Source of the DNA: an uncultured Thermoplasmata archaeon
Lineage (GTDB): Archaea > Thermoplasmatota > Thermoplasmata > Lutacidiplasmatales > UBA184
Assembly (NCBI GenBank): GCA_963749195.1
Contig: CAVVLX010000007.1
Span: forward strand, 68,329-132,328
Direction of reading: 5' to 3'
Length of the DNA stretch: 64,000 bases
The notes under the pieces were generated by a model. That model searched no databases. It was not told the origin of the DNA and saw only the letters and a list, made by a program, of their open reading frames with translations. This document shows, in pieces, positions 9,436 to 18,682 of this stretch. Every line of letters starts with the position of its first letter. Position 1 is the stretch's first letter. A program made the translations under genes and the position numbers.

Positions 9436-9447
9436 CGGTGGATCCGG

Positions 9448-10812
9448 TCAGCGAGCTTGCCGTCGGATCGCGGCTTCCAGCGTATCGAGCGATTCATCGA
9501 ACGTCGCTTCGGGAATCGTGAGCGGCGGCTGGATGCGCAGGAAGTTGTCCCCATAGTTCCATAACGGGATCGTCCCGTGTTTCACGCAGTCGAAAAACAC
9601 CCGTCGGGCGAGTTTGGGATCCGGCGCACGGGTCGAGGATCTCTGAACGAGTTCGACGGCCAACGCTAGGCCGAGCCCGCGCGTATCCCCGACCGCATCG
9701 AAACGCTCCCATTCGTGGATACGTCGGAGGGCTCGAGCCCCCAACTGGGCGGATCGTTCGGGGAGTCGATCCCGACGCAAGATCTCGAGCGTGACCGTGG
9801 CGGCGACGCACGCGGCGGGATGGCCCCCGAACGTTGTTCCAGCCGCGACGGTCGAGTTGCCCATGATCGATTCCGTTCCCATGACGGCCGCGATGGGCAT
9901 GAGGCCCCCACTGATTCCCTTGCCGATCGCGAGGAGGTCAGGGACGGCGTGGGAATGCTCGATCGCCCACATCCGGCCGGTGCGTCCTAGGCCTGCCTCG
10001 ACCTCGTCGTCGATGAAGATCCACCCATAGGCACGACACATTTTCTGAAGTTTGTTCGCAAACCCAGGGGGAGGAATCCACGTACCGGCTTCCAACGCGA
10101 TCGGCTCAAAGATCACCCCCGCGATTCGATCTGGGGCGGCGATGTGTTTCAACAGCTTTTCCTCGATGTAGTCGAGGACCCACCCGCCGTATTCGGCTTC
10201 GGACATTCCGCGCGGACGATTCAGCGCGAAGGGGTACGGGGCGTGAACCGCCCCGCCTTGGAACGCCTCCCAGTACCGTCGCTCCTGGGCGCTCAACGAA
10301 CCCACCACCCCGGTCCCGATGCTCAGGCCGTGATACTGTCCCATGAAGCTGAGGATCAGGGGCCGATGACTTGTTTCGACCGCGTATTTCACGGCGCCTT
10401 CGGCGGCGCCGGTGCCCGAGAGTTCAAGGAAAACGCGACTTAGGTTGGGCGACGGTCGGACTTCGACCAGCTTCTCCGCGAGCTGGATCATCGGGATATG
10501 CGGATTCATGAAGTAAATCAGAAATCCATACTGCCGGAGCGCCTCCACCGTCGCTTCGAGGACTTCGGGAGGTACGTTCCCGAGATTGTTCGTCCCCCAC
10601 TGGCTCGTGAGGTCGATGTACGACTTTCCCTCCGCGTCGAACAGTTGGGACCCCTTCGCTCCGGCGACGATGAGGCTCGACAGCCGATGCTCTTCGTCCC
10701 AGAAGTACCGCGGCATCAAACGTCGGTACCGCCGCCAGTACTCCGCGGACCCGACGGACTTTCGAGAGGCCCCGTCCCGTCGCCGATTCACGGATCGTCG
10801 TCCTTGGCCCAT
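9448..10812 (-). CDS. Class-III (omega / acetylornithine-GABA type) PLP-dependent aminotransferase
   Basis: Class-III blocks: SGTGAAEGAVKYA, IFIDDEVEAGLGRTGRMWAIEH, PDLLAIGKGISGG (PLP lysine), TFGGHP. The start may be the internal ATG (MPRYFWDEE, about 10716). Confidence 0.9.
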   Translation of the reverse strand: MGQGRRSVNRRRDGASRKSVGSAEYWRRYRRLMPRYFWDEEHRLSSLIVAGAKGSQLFDAEGKSYIDLTSQWGTNNLGNVPPEVLEATVEALRQYGFLIYFMNPHIPMIQLAEKLVEVRPSPNLSRVFLELSGTGAAEGAVKYAVETSHRPLILSFMGQYHGLSIGTGVVGSLSAQERRYWEAFQGGAVHAPYPFALNRPRGMSEAEYGGWVLDYIEEKLLKHIAAPDRIAGVIFEPIALEAGTWIPPPGFANKLQKMCRAYGWIFIDDEVEAGLGRTGRMWAIEHSHAVPDLLAIGKGISGGLMPIAAVMGTESIMGNSTVAAGTTFGGHPAACVAATVTLEILRRDRLPERSAQLGARALRRIHEWERFDAVGDTRGLGLALAVELVQRSSTRAPDPKLARRVFFDCVKHGTIPLWNYGDNFLRIQPPLTIPEATFDESLDTLEAAIRRQAR

Positions 10813-10883
10813 TCAAGCACTCCCGGATGACTCCGCGATTCGGAAGCGTGCGATCGGACTCCTACGACCGGTTCCTTCCGCAA

Positions 10884-12449
10884 TTAGGTGGAGCCCGCGC
10901 TCTGATGCAGATCCTCGATGACGACTTGGGCGGCGTTGTGGCCGGGGGCTCCCATGACGCCCCCCCCCGGATGCGCGGTCGATCCACAGAAGTACAGTCC
11001 CGGCAGGGGCGTTCGATACTGCGCCCAGCCCAGCATCGGGCGGAATCCGAAGATTTGATCGGGCGTGATATCGCCTTGGAAGATGTTCCCGCCCGTCAGC
11101 CCCAAGATTTGCTCGATATCCTGAGGGGAAATGATCTGCCAGTGCTCGATGCACGCTCGGATGTCGGGCATGTATTCCTCGAGCGTGTTCAGAACGATCT
11201 CGGCGGCTTCCGGCTTGAACTCCTCCCAGCTCTGCCCATTCCGAAGTTCGTAGGGGGCGTACTGCACGAAACAAGTCATCGTGTGTTTTCCGGGCGGGGC
11301 TACGGTGGGATCGGACGCGCTCTGAAAGACGCAGTCGGCGAACGGGTGGTCGGAAAATCTCCCGTACTTTCCCTGATCATAGGCGTGCTCCAAATAATCC
11401 ATGGACGGCGCGATCTCCACGGCTCCCCGGTGATGGGGTCCCGGGGTCTCGGGCGCGGCCCGGAACGTGGGCAACTTGCTCAGAGCGGCATTGAATTTGA
11501 GCGCCGCTCCTCGACTGCGGAATTTGCGCACCTCGCTCAGGACTTCCGGACCGACCGCGTCCGGTGGCAGGAGGTGCAAGATCGTGTGCTTCGCCTCGAG
11601 ACCAGAGAGAATCGCTCTCGCGTAGATGGTCTCCCCTTCCGCGGTCTCGACCCCCACGGCGCGGCCGTTTTGGATGAGTATCTGGCGAACCGTGACTTGG
11701 GTCCGGATCGTCGCCCCGAAGTGTCGAGCGGCTTGTGCGATCGACTCGGAGATGCGTCCCATTCCCCCGACCGAAAATCCCCAGACCTTGCGCTGGCCGT
11801 CCAGAATGCCGACGTTATGATGCGCGAGCACGTACGCCGTGCCCGGGGTCCGTGGACCCACCATCTCCCCGATCACCGCGTTGGTCGCGAAGGAGATCTT
11901 GACCTGATCGGACTCGAACCAATCGTCGAGGAAATCTTGCGCACTCATCAAGAACAGGTCCCGGACCAACTCCTCGGCCTCCGGTCCGCGGAACATTCCG
12001 ACCAGATCGGCGAGTGGGACGGGCGGGGCAAGCAGCAGGGGCTCGACGAGGTCGAGAACGTTGTCCCAATACTTGTCGAACTTCGGGTACGCCTGCGCAT
12101 CCTTCTTCGAAAATTTGGAGATCTCTCGAACGGACTTTTGCTCGTCATTCCAAATGCTCAGGCTGCGTCCGTCCGGGAACGGAACGAACGCTTGCGGATC
12201 GTAGAGGATCGTAGCATACCCAAACTTTTTCAGCTCGAGGTCGTCGACGATTTGTGGGCGAAAGAGTCCCGCGACGTAGGAGAACGTATTGATGTGAAAT
12301 CCGGGCCAGGTCTCCTCGGTCACCGCAGCTCCGCCGACGATCGGGCGGCGTTCCAGCACGAGCACTTTCGCTCCTGCTTTCGCGAGGTACGCCGCGGCAA
12401 CGAGCCCGTTATGCCCTCCGCCGATGATGATCGCGTCGTAACTGGCCAT
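10884..12449 (-). CDS. PYROXD2-like / CrtI-family FAD-dependent oxidoreductase (paralogue 2)
   Basis: MASYDAIIIGGGHNGLVAAAYLAKAGAKVLVLERR... Collinear with paralogue 1 over its full length, roughly 55-60% identical by eye. Same conserved blocks: DDWFES, AHHNVG, DPTVAPPGKH, GGNIFQGDITPDQ, LYFCGSTAHPGGGV. Confidence 0.92.
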   Translation of the reverse strand: MASYDAIIIGGGHNGLVAAAYLAKAGAKVLVLERRPIVGGAAVTEETWPGFHINTFSYVAGLFRPQIVDDLELKKFGYATILYDPQAFVPFPDGRSLSIWNDEQKSVREISKFSKKDAQAYPKFDKYWDNVLDLVEPLLLAPPVPLADLVGMFRGPEAEELVRDLFLMSAQDFLDDWFESDQVKISFATNAVIGEMVGPRTPGTAYVLAHHNVGILDGQRKVWGFSVGGMGRISESIAQAARHFGATIRTQVTVRQILIQNGRAVGVETAEGETIYARAILSGLEAKHTILHLLPPDAVGPEVLSEVRKFRSRGAALKFNAALSKLPTFRAAPETPGPHHRGAVEIAPSMDYLEHAYDQGKYGRFSDHPFADCVFQSASDPTVAPPGKHTMTCFVQYAPYELRNGQSWEEFKPEAAEIVLNTLEEYMPDIRACIEHWQIISPQDIEQILGLTGGNIFQGDITPDQIFGFRPMLGWAQYRTPLPGLYFCGSTAHPGGGVMGAPGHNAAQVVIEDLHQSAGST

Positions 12450-12583
12450 CGATACGCTCCGAGACCGCGGCTGCCAGCCTCCACCCCCATTTAAAAGTCG
12501 TTACGAGACGGGGATCGCGCTGGTCCAAATCGGACGCCGACGCCCGAAGAGAGGGACGGTTTCTCCCCTTCCCGAGACCGATC

Positions 12584-13777
12584 CTATGACCCTGCGAACG
12601 GGGGCAACGGAGGCTCGAGAGGAACGATCGTCGTCCGAATTCCGCGTGTGGCCAATGCCGCCCGGAACGGGGCTGCGGGAACCGAAAGCTCGGGAGGAAT
12701 GACGCCCACCCCGCGCATTTGTTTCTCCAAGAACATTTCCGCCCCTACCGCGCCACACACTCCCACGACGTACTCCGTCGCCGACGCTCCCCATTCGGGT
12801 TTCGGGGGAAAAAGACCATACGCGTGCCGGGTCACTGGGGCTCCATTCCGCGTGCCGTGCACCTCGAGGTCAACGATCTCCCAGTCGTTGATCACGACTC
12901 CCGCGGGAACCCCGAGTAGTTTTTCCCGCTTCAATAGCGCCAGAAGAAATTCTCGCGGAGCGATGGAGGCCCCTCGTACGTCCAAAGGTTTCTCGGCGCC
13001 GAGTCCCAGCAGCGACAGCGTGCGAAGCAGGTCGATCCCCGGTCCTCCCTCGCGCCATTCACAGTGCTGCAGCTGCTTTTCCTTGAGACTCTCCGGCAAC
13101 GTCGCCGCCTCGGAGTGGAGGGTCCGATACAATCGAGTCCGACCCACCGGCGGGGGGAAATCGTACTCCTCGGCGCCGCTCATCGCAGGGTAGTTGCGGT
13201 ACGCGCCGTCCTCCCAGACGACGGCGTCCAAGATCATCTCGTCGAGGAACGTGCTCGGCGACCACGTGAACGAGATTTCCGAGCCCCCCACCGTGAGGTC
13301 GCGCCAACCGTCCCGGATCAGAATGGACTCGACCCGTTCGAGATCGTTCGTCGATTGCGCCGCGAGCACATTCGAAACGCCCGGAACTTGGCCCATTCCG
13401 GGGATCGCGAGCAACCCGGCATCCCGGTAACGACGATCGAGTTCCAACTGTCGCCGTGTCATGTGAAAGAGCCCGCCGAAATCCAGGTAGGAAACTCCCG
13501 CCGACAAGCACCCTTCCATCACGTGGAGATTGAACGTGTACTGGACGGCATTGACACACACATCGGCATGCTGGAGCACGTTTCGAAGCGATGCGGCGTC
13601 CCGGACATCCACCTGGGCCGCCGTCACTCGATCGTCCCCCGTCGCGCGCGCGGCGGAGCGCGCGAGTTCGAGATCGAGGTCCGCGACGTGAATCGACTCA
13701 AACCGCCGCGTTCGCGCGAGATCCCGGACGGTGGAGCGGCCCGTCAATCCTCCTCCACCTAGGACGACTGCGCGCAA
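12584..13777 (-). CDS. Saccharopine-dehydrogenase-like NAD(P)-binding protein (paralogue 2)
   Basis: MRAVVLGGGGLTGRSTVRDLA (Rossmann fold), GMGQVPGVSNVL, SPSTFLDE, YDFPPPVG. A distant paralogue of 8323..9435. Confidence 0.85.
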   Translation of the reverse strand: MRAVVLGGGGLTGRSTVRDLARTRRFESIHVADLDLELARSAARATGDDRVTAAQVDVRDAASLRNVLQHADVCVNAVQYTFNLHVMEGCLSAGVSYLDFGGLFHMTRRQLELDRRYRDAGLLAIPGMGQVPGVSNVLAAQSTNDLERVESILIRDGWRDLTVGGSEISFTWSPSTFLDEMILDAVVWEDGAYRNYPAMSGAEEYDFPPPVGRTRLYRTLHSEAATLPESLKEKQLQHCEWREGGPGIDLLRTLSLLGLGAEKPLDVRGASIAPREFLLALLKREKLLGVPAGVVINDWEIVDLEVHGTRNGAPVTRHAYGLFPPKPEWGASATEYVVGVCGAVGAEMFLEKQMRGVGVIPPELSVPAAPFRAALATRGIRTTIVPLEPPLPPFAGS

Positions 13778-13882
13778 CTCCCGCCTCGTGGACGCTGGGG
13801 TTCGCTACCGTCCCGGCCTATTCTATCTTTGTGAAGTCGGGAACCCGTCAAGCTCGGGGTCCATTCGCCGGACCCAACCCCT

Positions 13883-14395
13883 ATGCGGGGAGAAGTGCTG
13901 GCGTTCGAGATGAATCGATGGCCCGTCAGCCGCGACCTCTCGCTCCTTCGACAGGGCCTCTCGATCGGGTCGGTGTATGGCCCTCACTCTCTGCTCATGC
14001 TGGCGCGCGTGGCGGAGATCGTCGAGGCTTCTGTCTACGAACCGAAATCGCTTGGGCGTATCCCGAGCGGGGTCCGTTTCGTCCTGCGAAACCCGCCGCT
14101 GCGGATCGGAACCTTCTCGTCCATCCGGGCGTACGTGAATGGTACCGAGATCGCGCCGGACCGCGCCCGCCTTCGGGTGGAGCCGACGGTGGGGCTCCGA
14201 ACGTTTCAATCCGTGGATCGGGGAAATCCGATCGCCTTGATTCCCGGTCGACGCGTTACGATTGAACTGGACGTTGCGGGCCCCCTTCCCCCTCGAGGCC
14301 TTACGATCCTCCTCAAATTTCATTGCATGGCCATTCCGCCGCAGATTTGGTTCGAGTTTACCGATGCGATTCAGGAACCCGAGGGTGGGTCATGA
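13883..14395 (+). CDS. Hypothetical protein (170 aa), translationally coupled to the downstream GDE-like gene
   Basis: ORF with no motif I recognise. Its stop overlaps the next gene's ATG (ATGA at 14392..14395). The amino-acid composition looks protein-like. Confidence 0.5.
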   Translation: MRGEVLAFEMNRWPVSRDLSLLRQGLSIGSVYGPHSLLMLARVAEIVEASVYEPKSLGRIPSGVRFVLRNPPLRIGTFSSIRAYVNGTEIAPDRARLRVEPTVGLRTFQSVDRGNPIALIPGRRVTIELDVAGPLPPRGLTILLKFHCMAIPPQIWFEFTDAIQEPEGGS

Positions 14396-16611
14396 ACCGT
14401 ACGGAGTCGTCCCCCTCGTTTTCACCGACGGCCCCCGACCATTCGAAGAGGTCGGAAACCCCCGTTCTGCTGCCGAGTCTGGCCTCTGCGATCCTCATGA
14501 ATCGAGTCGGGGAGATCACGCTGCCTCGAGAGACCCGTGGGGCGGTGATGGATTGGGGGGGCGTGTACGCTCAATGCGTTCGGCTAACGGGGGCTTGGCC
14601 CGTCACCATCCTTCGCGAGAGTTCGGTGACCTCGCTCGGCTCGAGCCTCCAATCGGTCGAGGTACTTCCGTGGAAGCTGGGAAGCCACCACTCGGACGGC
14701 CCTCTTGACATCGAACAGGAGGTGGTTCCGGTCGGTCAACCCCCCGGGGCGCTTCGGACGCTTCGGCTCCGCAGTACCGAGGCGCAACCGATTCCGGTTC
14801 GCGTAGAAACCGAGATCCTGCCGTTTCTGATGCCGGTGCTCGTTGAAGGGATTCGACCGACCCGATTCTTGGTCGAGACCACGCATTCGGGTCTCGTCGT
14901 CTCGCAACACGGGTTCGGCTTCCAAGTCGACGCCGACCCATTGCCGAGTCACCTCTACGTGAATCGAGCCTCGTGGATTGGTGGACGATACGAGGGGGAA
15001 GTCGACACTCTCGGTTTCGACCTAGACTTCGTCGTTCACCCGAACTTCCCAACGACCCTTCGGTGGATGGTCTGGGGGGGACTCCATCGGACGATTACGG
15101 ACGCCCCTCATGCCGGCGGGCAGTTCCTCGCTGGCGGCGGAGATCCGTCGGCCTCGCTTCGAGCGGCGTGGAGCGAGTGGCGATCTCGGATCCCCCTGCT
15201 GCGATTCCCGGAGGCTCCGAAACTAGAAACCGGTTACCGCTTCGCCGCGGACGCGTTACGACTCTTGTATTCGAATCCCGAACCCGAACTTTACGGGCTC
15301 GTGGCCGGCTTTCCCTGGTACTCCGCCCTCTGGGGGCGCGATCTGGCATGGATGCTGCCGGCTGTCCTATGGATGGGCGACTCCCCGTGGACCGAGCGAT
15401 CGCTGGCCACCATCTTCCGCTTCCAGGCGACGCAGTCGATCCCCGTACTGGGAGCCGAAGTCGGAGAGCTCCCGATGCAGATCTCTCCCGGGCCGATCTT
15501 CTTGTACGGGACCCCCGATACGACGCTGTACTATCCGGAGATCGTGCGGCGATTGCTCCGCCATCGGGGATTTCTGAACGAACTGCCGAAAATCCGCTCT
15601 GCGCTTCAAGAGATCGCCCGGTGGGGATATCGAAAATGCGACTCGAAGTCCGGCCTTCTGACCCACGGAGGGGAAGCGGAGGAAATCGCCCTCGCGACGC
15701 GGCCGTTTGGAACCATCCATTACGGGTTCGACGCGGTCGATACCACGATTTGGGATTCCGCCGATCGGCGGGATCACGCGATTGATGTCCAAGTCCTGTG
15801 GATTCAGGCGCTTCGGGCGATGGCCGAGATGGCTCCACTTCTGGGACTCCCCGGGGGGCCACGGTACGCGAGGGATGCGGAGAGAGTGGCCGACGAGATC
15901 CGGTCACGATACCCTTGGGCGGAAGAGGAGTATCTCGTCGACTCGCTGCGAGCGGATCAACCCGTCCGTCACGTTCGGCCCAATGCATTGCGGGCCGTCA
16001 GCGCCGGCCTCTTTCCACCGACCGAGGCCCGAGCGATGGTTCGGCGAGCCGCTCGAAGCGACCTGACGACTGGGTGGGGAATCCGCACGCTCGCCTCGAG
16101 CGACGCGCAGTACGACCCCGCCACCTACCACGACGGACAAGTGTGGTCGATCGCCACCGCCTGGGGCGCGGACGCGGCGCTCACGGTAGGCGATCCCGAC
16201 CTCGGGGTTCGCTACTTGGAGATTCTCTCCGACCGATACATCGCGGAGCGGGGTTTCGCGAACGAATGCTATCGAGGCGATCGGCCCGAGCCATTCAACT
16301 CTTGTTTTCTGTTGGGATTCAGCGTCGCCCCGTTCTTGACCACCCTTTTCGAACGTCTTTGGGGTCTCGAAGTGGATGCGCAGGCGCCGTCGCTGAAAAT
16401 CGATCCTCGCTTCCCGGCTCACTGGAAAACCGCTTCGATGGATCGCCTCGCGATCGGGGGCGGCATGGTGAAAATCGAGTGGACGCCCCGGAACGCCGCC
16501 GTCACGTGGAGCGGGTCGAAACCTTTGGTGGTCATCTCTTCTGTCGCTCGAATCCAGGTCGCACCGGGCAGCACGGCGCCGTTGCTGCTCCCCGGCGAAG
16601 GGACGCCTTGA
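14392..16611 (+). CDS. Amylo-alpha-1,6-glucosidase / glycogen-debranching-enzyme-like (alpha/alpha)6-barrel glycoside hydrolase
   Basis: Track ORF 14323..16611 trimmed to ATG 14392, which overlaps the upstream stop. GDE_C-like blocks: GFPWYSALWGRDLAWMLPAVLW, DGQVWSIATAW, ANECYRGD. Confidence 0.8.
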   Translation: MNRTESSPSFSPTAPDHSKRSETPVLLPSLASAILMNRVGEITLPRETRGAVMDWGGVYAQCVRLTGAWPVTILRESSVTSLGSSLQSVEVLPWKLGSHHSDGPLDIEQEVVPVGQPPGALRTLRLRSTEAQPIPVRVETEILPFLMPVLVEGIRPTRFLVETTHSGLVVSQHGFGFQVDADPLPSHLYVNRASWIGGRYEGEVDTLGFDLDFVVHPNFPTTLRWMVWGGLHRTITDAPHAGGQFLAGGGDPSASLRAAWSEWRSRIPLLRFPEAPKLETGYRFAADALRLLYSNPEPELYGLVAGFPWYSALWGRDLAWMLPAVLWMGDSPWTERSLATIFRFQATQSIPVLGAEVGELPMQISPGPIFLYGTPDTTLYYPEIVRRLLRHRGFLNELPKIRSALQEIARWGYRKCDSKSGLLTHGGEAEEIALATRPFGTIHYGFDAVDTTIWDSADRRDHAIDVQVLWIQALRAMAEMAPLLGLPGGPRYARDAERVADEIRSRYPWAEEEYLVDSLRADQPVRHVRPNALRAVSAGLFPPTEARAMVRRAARSDLTTGWGIRTLASSDAQYDPATYHDGQVWSIATAWGADAALTVGDPDLGVRYLEILSDRYIAERGFANECYRGDRPEPFNSCFLLGFSVAPFLTTLFERLWGLEVDAQAPSLKIDPRFPAHWKTASMDRLAIGGGMVKIEWTPRNAAVTWSGSKPLVVISSVARIQVAPGSTAPLLLPGEGTP

Positions 16612-16640
16612 TAAGTCCCGAAGAGTCAGCCTCGGAACCC

Positions 16641-17573
16641 ATGGCCTCTGCGATCGAAGTTCACGGCGTTGCGAAGCATTACGGCGCGGTGAAGGCCGTC
16701 GACGGCATTGATTTTAGTGTCGCCGCGGGGCAGGTATTCGCTTTTCTAGGACCGAATGGGGCCGGAAAGACGACGACGGTCGAGATCCTGGAGGGTTTGC
16801 GGAATCGGACGGCGGGCGAGGTTTCCGTGCTCGGACTGGACCCGTGGACCCAGGGAAGGGAATTGCATCGGCAGATCGGCGTCATCCCGCAGGATTTTCG
16901 TTTCTTCGATAAGATTACGCCCAAAGAGGCCGTCGAGTACTATGGCGCCCTCTTTGGCACGCACCCGGACCCTTCGGTGTTCTTGGAAAAAGTGCAACTG
17001 ACGGACAAAGCGAACGCGCACTTCGACACTCTATCGGGGGGTCAGAAACAAAAATTGGGTCTCGCCCTCTCGTTGGTGAACGACCCCAAACTCTGCTTCC
17101 TCGACGAACCGACCACGGGACTGGATCCCCAAGCCCGACGCGTCATTTGGGATGTGATCCGGCAACTCAAGGCAGATGGCCGGGGGGTCTTTCTGACGAC
17201 TCATTATCTCGAAGAGGCGGAACTCCTCGCCGATCAGGTGGCGATCATCAACCACGGGAAGATCATCGCCTCCGGGACCCCTGCCGGAATCATCCAACAG
17301 TTCGGCGGACCCGATCGGGTTCGCGTCCTCGCTTCCTCGGCGCTCGCCGATTACCTTCGTTCCCACCTTTCGTTGCCGGTGCGCGCGACCGATTCGACGG
17401 TCGAGATCGAGGTCCCGCTCCAGACCGATCTACAGAAAGTCCTCGCGGCGATCGAAGCGAGCGGCGTACCTTGGAAATCGTTCACGACCCGGCAGGATAC
17501 GTTGGAGGATGTCTTCATTCACCTCGTGGGCCGGATGGATGAGGGGACGCTAAAATCGGAGGCCTCGTCATGA
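16641..17573 (+). CDS. ABC transporter ATP-binding protein (ABC-2 / DrrA-like exporter)
   Basis: True start is ATG 16641 (MASAIEVHGVAKHYG...). Walker A GPNGAGKTT, signature LSGGQKQKL, Walker B LCFLDEPTTGLD. The longer track ORF from 15798 overlaps the GDE-like gene out of frame. Confidence 0.92.
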   Translation: MASAIEVHGVAKHYGAVKAVDGIDFSVAAGQVFAFLGPNGAGKTTTVEILEGLRNRTAGEVSVLGLDPWTQGRELHRQIGVIPQDFRFFDKITPKEAVEYYGALFGTHPDPSVFLEKVQLTDKANAHFDTLSGGQKQKLGLALSLVNDPKLCFLDEPTTGLDPQARRVIWDVIRQLKADGRGVFLTTHYLEEAELLADQVAIINHGKIIASGTPAGIIQQFGGPDRVRVLASSALADYLRSHLSLPVRATDSTVEIEVPLQTDLQKVLAAIEASGVPWKSFTTRQDTLEDVFIHLVGRMDEGTLKSEASS

Positions 17574-18682
17574 ACGGTCGGCGCATCTTCGCCGACTTTC
17601 TGGTGACGGCGCGCGGCTATTTCCGGAACTCGGCCGCACTCTTCTTCTCCCTCATCTTTCCGATCATTCTGATCCTCCTATTTGGATTGATTTTCTCGAG
17701 TACCGGAACTTCGGCGGTCACCCTCTATGTGCAGAACTTCGATCACGATTCGCCGGCGAGCGTCGCCTTCTTGGACGCTCTCAACAACACGACCGTCGTG
17801 CAAGTACAGGTCATCTCGAACTCCTACAACCTGTCCAATTACCTGGGACAGAACGGGGATCCGGTCGGGTTAGAGATTCCTACCGGATTTAATGCGAGCT
17901 ACGGTGCGGCCAAACCGGTGAACGTGACGTTGATCACCGACACGCTGGATGCCAGCTCCGCGGGAATCGCGCAAGGGGCCGTGAGCGGGGTCGTCAGCGA
18001 CTTCAATCTGCATCGCGCGTGTCCCACCGGCTCCGCCTGCTACCCGGTCATCGGAATTCAGTTCGGACAGGTCGGCTCGGCCGTGTTCAAGTACATCGAT
18101 TACCTCGTGCCCGGCTTGATTGGGTTTTCGATCCTCACGAGCCCCATGTTCGCCATGGTCGAGGTGACGGCCACGTATCGCAAAGAAGGGATCTTCCGTC
18201 AGCTCTCCTTGACGCCGCTCTCGCGAGCGGAGTGGCTCTCTTCTCGGATCCTCTGGTACGTGGTCCTCTCGTTCTTCGCCGCGGCGCTGATGATCGGGTT
18301 CGGTTCCTTTGTGTTCGGTGCCCACGTCACCCTCACGCTCGGGATGCTGCCGTTCTTGATCATCGGGCCGTTTTTCTTCGTCGCGCTCGGAATGCTCGCG
18401 GGTTCGGCGGCGAAAACGATCGAAAGTGCGGCGGTGATCGGGAACATCATCACGTTCCCCATGATGTTCCTCTCGGGCACGTTCTTCCCGGTCTCGTCGT
18501 TTCCCCCCTATCTGCAGACGTTCGCTCACGTGCTCCCATTGTACTACGTGATCGATGGCCTGAACCAAGTGATGCTCTTCCACAATTCGAGCCGCGCCGT
18601 CGGCGACCTCGCCGTGCTCGTCGTGATTGCGGTCGTCATCTTCGTGCTCGCCGTTCTAACGTTCCGGTGGCGAGACGAGTGA
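17570..18682 (+). CDS. ABC-2 type transporter permease
   Basis: 370-aa polytopic membrane protein with a large first extracytoplasmic loop and six C-terminal TM segments. ATGA overlap with the ATPase gene. Confidence 0.85.
   Translation: MNGRRIFADFLVTARGYFRNSAALFFSLIFPIILILLFGLIFSSTGTSAVTLYVQNFDHDSPASVAFLDALNNTTVVQVQVISNSYNLSNYLGQNGDPVGLEIPTGFNASYGAAKPVNVTLITDTLDASSAGIAQGAVSGVVSDFNLHRACPTGSACYPVIGIQFGQVGSAVFKYIDYLVPGLIGFSILTSPMFAMVEVTATYRKEGIFRQLSLTPLSRAEWLSSRILWYVVLSFFAAALMIGFGSFVFGAHVTLTLGMLPFLIIGPFFFVALGMLAGSAAKTIESAAVIGNIITFPMMFLSGTFFPVSSFPPYLQTFAHVLPLYYVIDGLNQVMLFHNSSRAVGDLAVLVVIAVVIFVLAVLTFRWRDE

Noticed and set aside
10827-12494. 555-aa ORF on the + strand
   Set aside because: It is exactly antisense to the PYROXD2-like gene (10884..12449), which has clear family motifs. 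The translation is Arg/Gly/Asp/Leu-rich with no recognisable motif. It is a typical stop-poor antisense frame in GC-rich DNA.
15798-16640. N-terminal 281-aa extension of the ABC ATPase ORF (track ORF 15798..17573)
   Set aside because: It overlaps the GDE-like gene in another frame and is Arg/Gly-rich. ATPase homology begins at MASAIEVHG (ATG 16641), just after the GDE stop.
18019-18678. N-terminal extension of the flavin-reductase ORF (track ORF 18019..19194)
   Set aside because: It lies out of frame inside the ABC-2 permease gene. Family similarity starts only at 18679.
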